Source: Acidimicrobiales bacterium
GTDB lineage: Bacteria; Actinomycetota; Acidimicrobiia; Acidimicrobiales; SHLQ01
Length of the DNA: 54,779 nucleotides
Assembly (NCBI GenBank): GCA_051011575.1
Contig: JBPCTR010000304.1
Location: 1-54,779, forward strand
Direction: 5' to 3'
Below are positions 8,849-17,367 of this stretch, piece after piece; the first letter of the stretch is position 1, and each line of letters starts with the position of its first letter. The notes under the pieces are model-generated. The model made no database searches and was not told the DNA's origin. It saw only the letters and a program-made list of their open reading frames with translations. Both the position numbers and the translations under genes were made by a program.

Positions 8849-10050
8849 ACGTCCCTCCCCTTGATGGGATGCGAGTGGTCGAGGGCTCGGCGTTTGTCGC
8901 GGCACCGAGCGGAGGGATGACCCTGGCCCAGCTCGGTGCCGACGTGATCCGCTTCGATCAGATCGGTGGCGGAATTGATTACACGCGGTGGCCGCTCACC
9001 GCCGACGGGCACTCGTTGTACTGGGCCGGGCTCAACAAGAACAAACGATCGGTCGTGGCCGACCTGCGAAATCCCGAAGCTCAGGAACTCCTCGGCGCAC
9101 TGATCGCCGACGCCGGAAACTTTCTCACGAACTTTCCCGCCCGGGGTTGGATGGGGTGGGACGTGCTCTCGGCGCGGCGCCCCGATCTGAACATGGTGGC
9201 CATCACCGGGAATCGCGACGGTTCGACCGCGCTCGACTACACGGTGAACGCCGCCATCGGCTTTCCGGCAGTGACCGGCCCAGTCGATCACGACGAGCCG
9301 GTGAACAATGTGCTCGCTGCGTGGGATCTGATATGCGGGCAGACCGCTGCGCTTGGGATGCTTGCCGCCGACCGGCACAGAACCCGAACCGGCGAGGGAT
9401 CGAGCATGAGCCTGGCGTTGTTCGACGTCGCGCTGGCGGCGGCGTCGGCGCTCGGCCACGTCGCCGAAGCTCAGCTTCTCGGGACGGAACGCGAGCGGTT
9501 CGGAAACGATCTGTACGGGGCGTTCGGCGCGACGTTCGCGACCGCTGACGGCGAGCGGCTGTACGCGGTGGGGATCAGCCCGAAACAATGGCGCTCTCTG
9601 ATCGAGGCCGTCGAGGGTGTGGAGTCGATCGCACGACTCGCACTCGACCGTGGCCTCGACTTCGCCGATGAGGGCGCCCGATTCGCCGCCCGCGAGGAGA
9701 TCAAGGCGGTGGTGCAGGGATGGGTCGGACACCGACCACTTGAGGCTGTCGCCCGGCGATTCGATGAACTTGGCGTGTGCTGGGGTCGTTATCAGACCTT
9801 TGGTCAGCTGGTCGCAGAGGACCCGCGCTGCTCTCTCGACAACGAGCTCTTTCGCGAAATCCACGCGCCAAACATGGCGTCGCACCTCGCTCCGGGCTCG
9901 CCGGTTGCGTTCGACGGGATGCTCTGCATCGAACCCCGACCGGCGCCGGTGCTTGGCGCCCACACCGAAGAAGTCCTGGGCGAACTCGGGCTAACCGCAT
10001 CGGAGATCGGCCGATTGATCGACACGGGGATCGTGTCTACCGCCGGCTAG
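8845..10050 (+). CDS. Family III CoA-transferase (CaiB/BaiF family), canonical motif order
   Basis: N-terminal LDGMRVVEGSAFVAAPSGGMTLAQLGADVIRFD, and a later ATADGERLYAV small-domain motif. An ATGA start/stop overlap joins it to the ThDP enzyme gene. Confidence 0.85.
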   Translation: MNVPPLDGMRVVEGSAFVAAPSGGMTLAQLGADVIRFDQIGGGIDYTRWPLTADGHSLYWAGLNKNKRSVVADLRNPEAQELLGALIADAGNFLTNFPARGWMGWDVLSARRPDLNMVAITGNRDGSTALDYTVNAAIGFPAVTGPVDHDEPVNNVLAAWDLICGQTAALGMLAADRHRTRTGEGSSMSLALFDVALAAASALGHVAEAQLLGTERERFGNDLYGAFGATFATADGERLYAVGISPKQWRSLIEAVEGVESIARLALDRGLDFADEGARFAAREEIKAVVQGWVGHRPLEAVARRFDELGVCWGRYQTFGQLVAEDPRCSLDNELFREIHAPNMASHLAPGSPVAFDGMLCIEPRPAPVLGAHTEEVLGELGLTASEIGRLIDTGIVSTAG

Positions 10051-12014
10051 CCGACCCAGAGGTAAGCGGCGTAGGACGTCGTGCCGTAGGCGATCGCAAC
10101 GTCGCCATCACTTCGCTCACCGGGTACGACGACGCGAAGTAGAAGCACGTCCCCCTCAGCCAGCGACGTCGTCACCTCGCCCAGCTCGAGTGTCGCTTCG
10201 CGGAAGCCGGACGTGGAGCTGGCGCTCCAGTCGGCGACACCGAGTTGCACACACGATGCTGAACACGCATATGCACCGACCCTGAGTCCGATGCTCTCTC
10301 CGGAGTCAAGATCCTTGTCGGCCGCCCAGAGAGTCAGGATCATCCGTCCAGTGATCGCCGTCTCGACGGGTGCGACCCACTTCCACTCCTGCTTCTTTGC
10401 GAGATCGTTTGTCGACAGCCCGGCGGAGTCCTTCTTGACGGTCAGTCCGATCTCGGAGTCGCGGTCGGTGTCGTAGTTGTACAGCGTCGACCCACCCGGA
10501 CTGAACAGGGAAAAGGGCAGTGTCGGGGATGATTCGGTGTTTCCGGGCCCCGAGACCGACAGCCATCCTGTCGTGAACTCGCCCGACGGAGGGACCGTCG
10601 TGGTCGCCTTCGCTGTCGTTGTCGTGGGCGTGGTGGTGGTTGTTGTCGTCGACGTGGTGCTCGTGCTCGTCGATGTGGTGCTCGTGCTCGCCGGTGTGGT
10701 GGGGGTGCTGCTCGACGTTGTTGTGGAGCTCGTGGATGCGAGTGATGAGTTGGCTGTGGTTGCGGCCGTCGTGGTTGTTGAGCCCGGATTCGTTGCCGGC
10801 TCCGACGTCGCCGGGCCACCGTTGTTCCCGAGGATCGTCGACGTGGTCGGTGCCGCACTCGACGTGGGTGTCGTCTCGGCCATGGCGATGGCGGGCGGCG
10901 GGCTCTCGACAATCGGCGGTGCCTCGGCAAGCCCGCCAGCGAGTACTCCGAGGGTCGCCACGCCGGCCGCAGCCGTGGACGCTGAAGCGCCTGCGATGGC
11001 CGTTCGTACCTGCGCGAGGACCGGCATCTCCGTTAGCGCTGCCAACGGACCGGAGCGCTTGGCGCGGGCGAGCGAGACGTTCAACATCGCACGCACGACC
11101 TGAGGATCGAATTGGGTTCCGGCACAGCGCACGAGTTCGGCGCGAGCGGCGGTGTGACTCATCGGTGACTTGTAGGAGCGGGCGGAGGTGATCACATCCC
11201 ACGTGTCGGCAACGGCCGTGATCCGGCCGGCGAGCGAGATGTCTCGCCCCATGATGCCCGCGGGATAGCCCGTGCCATCGAATCGCTCGTGGTGTTCGGA
11301 TGCAGCAAGAAGCCAGTCACCCAGCCACTCGCGAAGCGGCTCGAGAATCGCGACGGCGGCTGCGGGATGCCTGCGCAGAATCTTCCATTCCTCGGGGCTG
11401 AGCGTTGTTTCCTTGTTCAGGATTTCTCCCGGAACCTCGATCTTCCCGACATCGTGGAGCATGACCCCCCACGCAAGTCGCAGCCGGTCTTCCTCGGATA
11501 GCCCCATCTCCTGCGCGATCGTGTCTGCGTACGCTCGAACCCGGTCGGTGTGGCCACGGGTGAGCCGGTCATGCCGGCTCAGTGATGCCACGAGTTCGAG
11601 CGCAGACTCCGCTGCCTCGGCAACGTTGTCGCCCAACCCTTCCGTTGAGATCCGGTCCAACCGTTTCTGGAGATTGCGTGTGGATCCGGCGCGAAGCGCC
11701 AGCCCGAACCGCGAGGGTGTGCTGTCGGGAAAGATCAACGTCTGGTCGAGGAGCGTCGCCAGGGGCAGAGCCCGTTTGGCGACGTTGTCGAGAACGTTCG
11801 ATGCAACCAATCCGACCACGATGGCCTGGGCGAGCCACACCAGCAGGCCGAGCAGGCCTTCGGGACGCCAGAGCGAATCGGAGACCCAACGAATGACCAG
11901 CCAGGCACCTATGAACGGCGCAATCGCTGACGCGCCCCGGACCGCGAATGCACCGAGACGCGATCGATTCCAGCGGTGATCCTCCCGCGCGCCCGTTGTC
12001 GGTCCGTGCTGCAC
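10047..12014 (-). CDS. Membrane-bound HD-GYP domain protein (putative c-di-GMP phosphodiesterase) with an S/T/P-rich linker and a C-terminal domain of unknown function
   Basis: Two N-terminal hydrophobic helices, then the HD-GYP signatures LHDVGK and HHERFDGTGYP. A third hydrophobic Ala/Gly-rich segment follows, then a ~110-aa Thr/Ser/Pro linker and a ~170-aa beta-rich C-terminal domain. Confidence 0.85.
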   Translation of the reverse strand: MQHGPTTGAREDHRWNRSRLGAFAVRGASAIAPFIGAWLVIRWVSDSLWRPEGLLGLLVWLAQAIVVGLVASNVLDNVAKRALPLATLLDQTLIFPDSTPSRFGLALRAGSTRNLQKRLDRISTEGLGDNVAEAAESALELVASLSRHDRLTRGHTDRVRAYADTIAQEMGLSEEDRLRLAWGVMLHDVGKIEVPGEILNKETTLSPEEWKILRRHPAAAVAILEPLREWLGDWLLAASEHHERFDGTGYPAGIMGRDISLAGRITAVADTWDVITSARSYKSPMSHTAARAELVRCAGTQFDPQVVRAMLNVSLARAKRSGPLAALTEMPVLAQVRTAIAGASASTAAAGVATLGVLAGGLAEAPPIVESPPPAIAMAETTPTSSAAPTTSTILGNNGGPATSEPATNPGSTTTTAATTANSSLASTSSTTTSSSTPTTPASTSTTSTSTSTTSTTTTTTTPTTTTAKATTTVPPSGEFTTGWLSVSGPGNTESSPTLPFSLFSPGGSTLYNYDTDRDSEIGLTVKKDSAGLSTNDLAKKQEWKWVAPVETAITGRMILTLWAADKDLDSGESIGLRVGAYACSASCVQLGVADWSASSTSGFREATLELGEVTTSLAEGDVLLLRVVVPGERSDGDVAIAYGTTSYAAYLWVG

Positions 12015-12089
12015 ATCTCCTCATCGGCAGGTCGTCAGCGAGTTTTGGGGTTTCGAGCCGATTTCTTCCCCGTCGTTAAGAGTTGAAAT

Positions 12090-12473
12090 GTGTCGGCCGA
12101 TGGAGTGGATATGAACTCGAGGCTGTTCACACGGACATCGCTTCGACGCGCGGGATCGATGGAATGGGACACGGGCTGTCGTGACGAAGAGTCCTCGTGG
12201 TCGAGCACCATCGATGTGCTCAATCTCTCCTTTGAAGGTGCGCTCATCAGCATCGAGAATGCGCACCTGGACGGGCTCGACGAGATGTCGACGGTCGTGA
12301 TCGAACTCGACGGGCACCAGGCCGTCGCCGAGATTCTCGAGCTGTCGTCGCACGATGGATGCCGGGCGAGAATCAGGTTCATCGAACAGGAGCGTGCCTT
12401 CACCGAGCACGTCCATCGGGTGCTCGTCGACGCGCCCGATACCGGTCTCGTGGAGCGCGACTGGCCGGAGTAG
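12090..12473 (+). CDS. PilZ domain protein (putative c-di-GMP receptor)
   Basis: RTSLRR (RxxxR) is followed ~25 aa later by NLSFEG ((D/N)xSxxG). GC3 is high in this frame. Start is the GTG at 12090 or the ATG at 12111. The competing minus-strand ORFs lack motifs. Confidence 0.65.
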   Translation: MSADGVDMNSRLFTRTSLRRAGSMEWDTGCRDEESSWSSTIDVLNLSFEGALISIENAHLDGLDEMSTVVIELDGHQAVAEILELSSHDGCRARIRFIEQERAFTEHVHRVLVDAPDTGLVERDWPE

Positions 12474-12483
12474 CGTCCCACGA

Positions 12484-13629
12484 ATGAGTGACGACGACCT
12501 GAACGATCAGATCGTGGACGCAGTAGCCACGTGGATCGATCGCGAGGTCATCGGCTACGCCGCTGCGTTCGAGCATGCCGATGAGTTCCCGCAGGCGATG
12601 TTCGAGCAGATGTGCGAGTTCGGTTTATTCGGCGCGACGATCCCCGAGGAGTACGGCGGGCTAGGTCTCGACGCCACGACCTACGCGCGGATCATCGTGG
12701 AACTCAGCCGGGGGTGGATGTCGCTGGCCGGCATCGTCAACACCCACAAGATCGCGGCGACGATGATCGGTCGGAATGGCACAGATGAGCAGAAGCGACG
12801 CTTCCTCCCGCGCATGTGCGATGGGGCCTTTCGAGCAGCGTTCTCGTTGAGCGAACCCGACGCCGGGAGCGACGCCCGATCGATGCGTGCCCGAGCCGTG
12901 CGCGACGGCAACGAATGGGTTGTGAACGGAACGAAGATGTGGGTCACCAACGGTGTTCGCGCTTCGCTGGTGATGCTGCTCGCGAAGAGCGCCGACGACG
13001 AGATCACCTGCTTTCTCGTCGAGAAGGAGCCCGGCGACTCGTTTGGGGGGATCACGGCCAGCAGAAAGATCGACAAGCTCGGCTATCGCGGTCTCGAGAC
13101 CGTGGAGATGAGCTACGTCGACCACCGAGTGTCACACGACAACGTGCTCGGCGGCGACGCCGGCATCGGCCACGGTCTGCGCTATGCGCTCAGCGCGCTC
13201 GAGCTCGGTCGCATCAACATCGCCGCTCGAGCGGTTGGCGTGGCCCAGGCCGCGCTCGACGACGCCATCGCGTATGCAAAGGAACGCGAGACGTTCGGCA
13301 AACCAATCGCTCATCATCAGGCGATCGCGTTCAAACTCGCCGAAATGGCCACGAAAGTGCAGGCTTCGCGGCTGATGACACTCGACGCCGCTCGTAAATT
13401 CGACGAGGGCGAGCGGATCGACATCGATGCCGGAATGGCCAAACTGTTCGCCAGCGAGGCGGCGTTCGAGGTAGCGATGGATGCGGTGCGGATCCACGGC
13501 GGGAACGGCTTCACGACCGAGTACCGGGTCGAGCGCTACCTGCGCGACACGCCGCTCATGATCATCGGTGAGGGAACGAACGAGATACAGAAGATGGTGA
13601 TCGCACGGCGTCTCCTCGCCGAATCCTGA
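12484..13629 (+). CDS. Acyl-CoA dehydrogenase
   Basis: ACAD N-terminal, middle and C-terminal domain signatures: FSLSEPDAGSDA, KMWVTNG, and the catalytic-Glu region IIGEGTNEIQ. It starts 10 nt after the PilZ stop. Confidence 0.9.
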   Translation: MSDDDLNDQIVDAVATWIDREVIGYAAAFEHADEFPQAMFEQMCEFGLFGATIPEEYGGLGLDATTYARIIVELSRGWMSLAGIVNTHKIAATMIGRNGTDEQKRRFLPRMCDGAFRAAFSLSEPDAGSDARSMRARAVRDGNEWVVNGTKMWVTNGVRASLVMLLAKSADDEITCFLVEKEPGDSFGGITASRKIDKLGYRGLETVEMSYVDHRVSHDNVLGGDAGIGHGLRYALSALELGRINIAARAVGVAQAALDDAIAYAKERETFGKPIAHHQAIAFKLAEMATKVQASRLMTLDAARKFDEGERIDIDAGMAKLFASEAAFEVAMDAVRIHGGNGFTTEYRVERYLRDTPLMIIGEGTNEIQKMVIARRLLAES

Positions 13630-13744
13630 GGTCTCGAGCCATACAACGTAAGCAGCCAGCCGACTTGCTACCGGTGGGTAGGGTGCACGACCATTGAGGC
13701 CGACGTGTTCCGCAGCGCGTCCGTCATCTGAGGGGGAACAACCC

Positions 13745-15487
13745 GTGCTTTCATCACGCCGTTTCGGCCGCATCGTCGCCGTGCTCCTGGCACTCGTTCT
13801 GGTCGCGTCTGCATGTGGGGGAGGCGACGACGGTGGCTCCACCGATTCGTCGGGATCCGACACGACCGCCGCACCGACCGACGGGGGAGACGACGATGTC
13901 GCCACCGACGACGGGGTCGACGAGACGGCCGATGGTTCCGACGCGGTTACGTCCGAGGACGTCGAGGCCAAGGCGGGCGGCACGCTCCGCATCGGCATGC
14001 AGACCGAAGCCGGGTCGCTCAATCCCACGAACACCGGCCTCAACCGCGGACCGATCATGTTGGCCACCGCAGTGTTCGACACCCTCACGCTCGTCGATGC
14101 CAACGGGGACTGGCAGAACAACCTCACGGAAAGCTGGACCCCGTCTGACGACCTTTCGTCGTGGGACGCAACGCTCCGCGACGGCATCACGTTCACAGAC
14201 GGCAACGTCATGAACGCCGACGCGGTCATCCGGACGATCGAGGCGTTCCTCGCCGACCCGCTCACCTCGCTGGTATTCAAGCCGGCCTTTGACCCCGACA
14301 ACCCGATCGAGAAGGTCGACGAGATGACCTTCCGCATCAATGCGTCGGGTCCCAGCTCGGCCATGCCCTTCTACTTCTCGACCCAGCTGGGCATGATCGG
14401 CTCACCGGCATGGCTCGACGCCCGAGACGCCGACCCGGGGCTTGACCAAACGCCCATCGGCTCGGGTCCGTTCCTCATCTCGGAGCGCACTCAGGATCAG
14501 AAGACGGTGGTCGTCCGCAACGAAAACTGGTGGCGCACCGACCAGGAGATCTTCCTCGACTCGATCGAGTTCTTCCCCAACAGCCAGGATGCGTCTCGCA
14601 CCGATCAGTTCCTCGTGGGCGATCTCGACATCACCCACGGCACCGATGCCGAGTCGATCATCCGACTCCGCGAAGAGACCGGCTTCACCCGGGTTGAAGA
14701 TCAGTCCGGCGAGGAGTTCAACATTCTCATGAACGCCGAGCAACCGCCGTTCGACGACATTCGCGTGCGGCAAGCGGCAACACATGCCTTCCCGAAGGCC
14801 CAGTACATGGACTTCATCAACGAAGGAACCTCGCTCGAAGCCGACACGCTCTTTTCGATCGACACCCCCTGGCACGTTCCGTCGATCGAGCAGCCCGACG
14901 ACATGCCCGAACTCTCGGGTCCGCTCATCGAGAGCTATTGCGGCGACAATCCCGACAACTGCACCGACGGAAAGGTGAACATCGAGTACCAGCATGATGG
15001 CCCCAGCCTGGCGCTGGAGCGCATCGCGACGCTCGTCACCGATGCGTGGTCGCCGTTCTTCAACGTCGAGGTGCAGGTGATCCCGAATGACGCCCATATC
15101 AACGAGGTGATCTTCGGTCTGTACGACTCGGCGACGTGGCGGTACCACGGCTTCCCGGACCCCGACATCGACTCGGCCTTCCTCACCTGTTCGACGATCA
15201 CCGCCCTGTCGATCAACTGGTCGCGCAACTGCAACGAGGAACGCGACGCGCTGTTCCTGGAGCAGCGGTCGACCGAGGACTTCGACGAGCGCTATGCGAT
15301 CTGGGCCGAGATTCAGGAGAACCTGCGGGACTCCTACCAGTACATCACGATCACCCACACCAACTGGATGGTCGCAGCCAACGAGACGGTGGGCGGGTTG
15401 TGTGATGGCACCGCTCCGGGCGGCGCGCCCTTGCCATGTCAGGACAAAGGCGTCGTGTACCTTCCACAGCTCTTCATGAACAACTGA
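13745..15487 (+). CDS. ABC transporter substrate-binding lipoprotein, family 5 (peptide/nickel, DppA/OppA-like)
   Basis: Lipobox signal VLLALVLVASAC followed by a D/G/T-rich linker. Family-5 SBP length and motifs are present. The GTG start at 13745 is inferred, and the ORF is open from 13694. Confidence 0.85.
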   Translation: MLSSRRFGRIVAVLLALVLVASACGGGDDGGSTDSSGSDTTAAPTDGGDDDVATDDGVDETADGSDAVTSEDVEAKAGGTLRIGMQTEAGSLNPTNTGLNRGPIMLATAVFDTLTLVDANGDWQNNLTESWTPSDDLSSWDATLRDGITFTDGNVMNADAVIRTIEAFLADPLTSLVFKPAFDPDNPIEKVDEMTFRINASGPSSAMPFYFSTQLGMIGSPAWLDARDADPGLDQTPIGSGPFLISERTQDQKTVVVRNENWWRTDQEIFLDSIEFFPNSQDASRTDQFLVGDLDITHGTDAESIIRLREETGFTRVEDQSGEEFNILMNAEQPPFDDIRVRQAATHAFPKAQYMDFINEGTSLEADTLFSIDTPWHVPSIEQPDDMPELSGPLIESYCGDNPDNCTDGKVNIEYQHDGPSLALERIATLVTDAWSPFFNVEVQVIPNDAHINEVIFGLYDSATWRYHGFPDPDIDSAFLTCSTITALSINWSRNCNEERDALFLEQRSTEDFDERYAIWAEIQENLRDSYQYITITHTNWMVAANETVGGLCDGTAPGGAPLPCQDKGVVYLPQLFMNN

Positions 15488-15512
15488 TCGAGGTTTCGGG
15501 GGGCCACCACAC

Positions 15513-16466
15513 ATGAAGTTCATCCTCAGCCGGATAGCGCAGATGGTGCTGGTGGTTTTCGCCGTCACCCTCCTCGCATTCGGTGCGATGAACTTCCTGG
15601 GCGACCCCCTCTTCAACATCCTGGGGCCGATCGCCGACGAATCGGCGGGTCCCGAGTTTGCCGACGTTCGGGCCGAGGCCCGCGCCGAGTACCACCTCGA
15701 CGACCCCTTCGTCGTTCGCTACGGACGCTGGCTCGGGGACATGTTGCAGGGTGACTTCGGACGTAGCTTCAAGAACCAGACGAACGTGAGCACAGAGCTC
15801 TCCAACCGCCTACCCGTGACCATCCTGCTGATGGTCTACGCCCAGGTCCTCGCGCTCGTGATCTCGATTCCGTGGGCGGTGTGGAGTGCGGCCCGGGCCT
15901 ATCGACTTGGCGACAAGGTGAGCACGGTCGTGTCGTTCGGCATGTTGGGGGTGCCGGTGTTCGCGCTCGTCGTCGTGCTGTTCTGGCTCTTCGCGGTCCG
16001 ATGGCAGATCTTCCCGACCCGTTACGACGACAGCACGCTGTGGGCCCGGCTCGAATCCATGTTCCTGCCGGCGGTCTCGCTCGCCATCCCGCTGATTGCC
16101 ACCTACCAGCGACTCCTGCGCACCGACCTGATTTCTACGCTGCAGGAGGACTTCATCGCCGTCGCCCGGGCCAAGGGCATGAGCTCACGACACGTACTGT
16201 TCCGCCACGCGCTCCGTCCGTCGCTGTTCTCGATGCTCACCGTGTTCGGGATCCAGACCGGCGCCCTGATCGGAGGGTCACTCGTGGTCGAGCAGTACTT
16301 CGGGATCCCCGGTATCGGGCGCGCCGTCATCGAGGCGATCATCCGCGATGACTTCCCGGTTGTGTTGGCGGTGGTCGTGGTCGTCACGGTGATCTTCGTG
16401 CTCGTCAACTTCCTCGTCGACCTGCTCTACAGCTTCCTCGATCCTCGGGTACGGCGCGATGGCTGA
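15513..16466 (+). CDS. ABC transporter permease (DppB/OppB-like)
   Basis: Six TM segments and an EAA-type loop (FIAVARAKGMSSRHVLFRHALRPS). Confidence 0.9.
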   Translation: MKFILSRIAQMVLVVFAVTLLAFGAMNFLGDPLFNILGPIADESAGPEFADVRAEARAEYHLDDPFVVRYGRWLGDMLQGDFGRSFKNQTNVSTELSNRLPVTILLMVYAQVLALVISIPWAVWSAARAYRLGDKVSTVVSFGMLGVPVFALVVVLFWLFAVRWQIFPTRYDDSTLWARLESMFLPAVSLAIPLIATYQRLLRTDLISTLQEDFIAVARAKGMSSRHVLFRHALRPSLFSMLTVFGIQTGALIGGSLVVEQYFGIPGIGRAVIEAIIRDDFPVVLAVVVVVTVIFVLVNFLVDLLYSFLDPRVRRDG

Positions 16467-17367
16467 CGGCTCGGAGGCGATGACCCTCCCGCTCCCTGAA
16501 GAAGACGACGCCGGCGAGCCCGGCGCTCAGGAAGCGCCGCCCACCTGGCGTCGGCTCGGGTGGGGGTTCTGGTTGTGCATTGGATGGCTGACCGTGGTGG
16601 TCGGGCTGGCGCTTCTCGCCCCGATCCTCCCGATCGCCGAACCGACCAAGGTTGCCGTCGGCGGCAAATTCGAGTCTCCCCGCCCGGGGCTGTGGTTCGG
16701 TGCCGACTCGACGGGCCGCGATGTGTTCTCGCTCACGATCTGGGGGTCGCGCATCTCGCTGTTGGTCGGCTTCATCGCCATCGTTGTCGGGTTCCTGGTT
16801 GGCGGGACGGTCGGGATCCTCGCCGGCTACTTCCGGGGCTGGTTCGACAAGATCGTGTCGTTCATCTTCGTGACGCTGCTGTCGTTCCCGGCGCTCATCC
16901 TGGCGATCCTGATCACGACGCTGCTCGGCCGCACGGTCTTCTGGATCTCGATCAGCCTCGGCATCCTCGCCATCGCACCTGTCGGTCGACTTGCCCGGGC
17001 CCAAACGCTGGTCTTCGCCGAGCGCGACTTCGTGATGGCGGCCCGCATCCTGGGCGCCGACGACAAGCGAATCCTGGTGCGCGAGCTGCTGCCGAACGTC
17101 GTCATCCCGATGTCGGCGCTCGCACTTCTCGGAATGGGAATCGCGATCGTGGCCGAGGGAACACTCGCATTCCTCGGGATCTCGGTGAACGAAGGGTTGA
17201 GCTGGGGCAAGCAAATTCTTGAGTCCGGCAGCAGCGCACGCAACCTGCAGGACGGGCCCCACGCGGCACTCTTCCCGATCGGCGTCGTCTTCCTCACGGT
17301 GCTCGCGCTCAACTATGCCGGCGACAGGCTGCGCGAGGTCTTCGACGCCAAGGAACTGGCGTTCTGA
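16459..17367 (+). CDS. ABC transporter permease (DppC/OppC-like)
   Basis: TM-rich, with an EAA loop (FVMAARILGADDKRILVRELLPNV). It overlaps the upstream gene by 8 nt. Confidence 0.9.
   Translation: MADGSEAMTLPLPEEDDAGEPGAQEAPPTWRRLGWGFWLCIGWLTVVVGLALLAPILPIAEPTKVAVGGKFESPRPGLWFGADSTGRDVFSLTIWGSRISLLVGFIAIVVGFLVGGTVGILAGYFRGWFDKIVSFIFVTLLSFPALILAILITTLLGRTVFWISISLGILAIAPVGRLARAQTLVFAERDFVMAARILGADDKRILVRELLPNVVIPMSALALLGMGIAIVAEGTLAFLGISVNEGLSWGKQILESGSSARNLQDGPHAALFPIGVVFLTVLALNYAGDRLREVFDAKELAF

Noticed and set aside
12021-12481. Minus-strand ORFs 12021..12416 and 12035..12481 as alternatives to the PilZ gene
   Set aside because: No motifs were recognised in either. The + frame has the RxxxR/(D/N)xSxxG PilZ signature, high GC3, and sensible spacing to the downstream acyl-CoA dehydrogenase gene.
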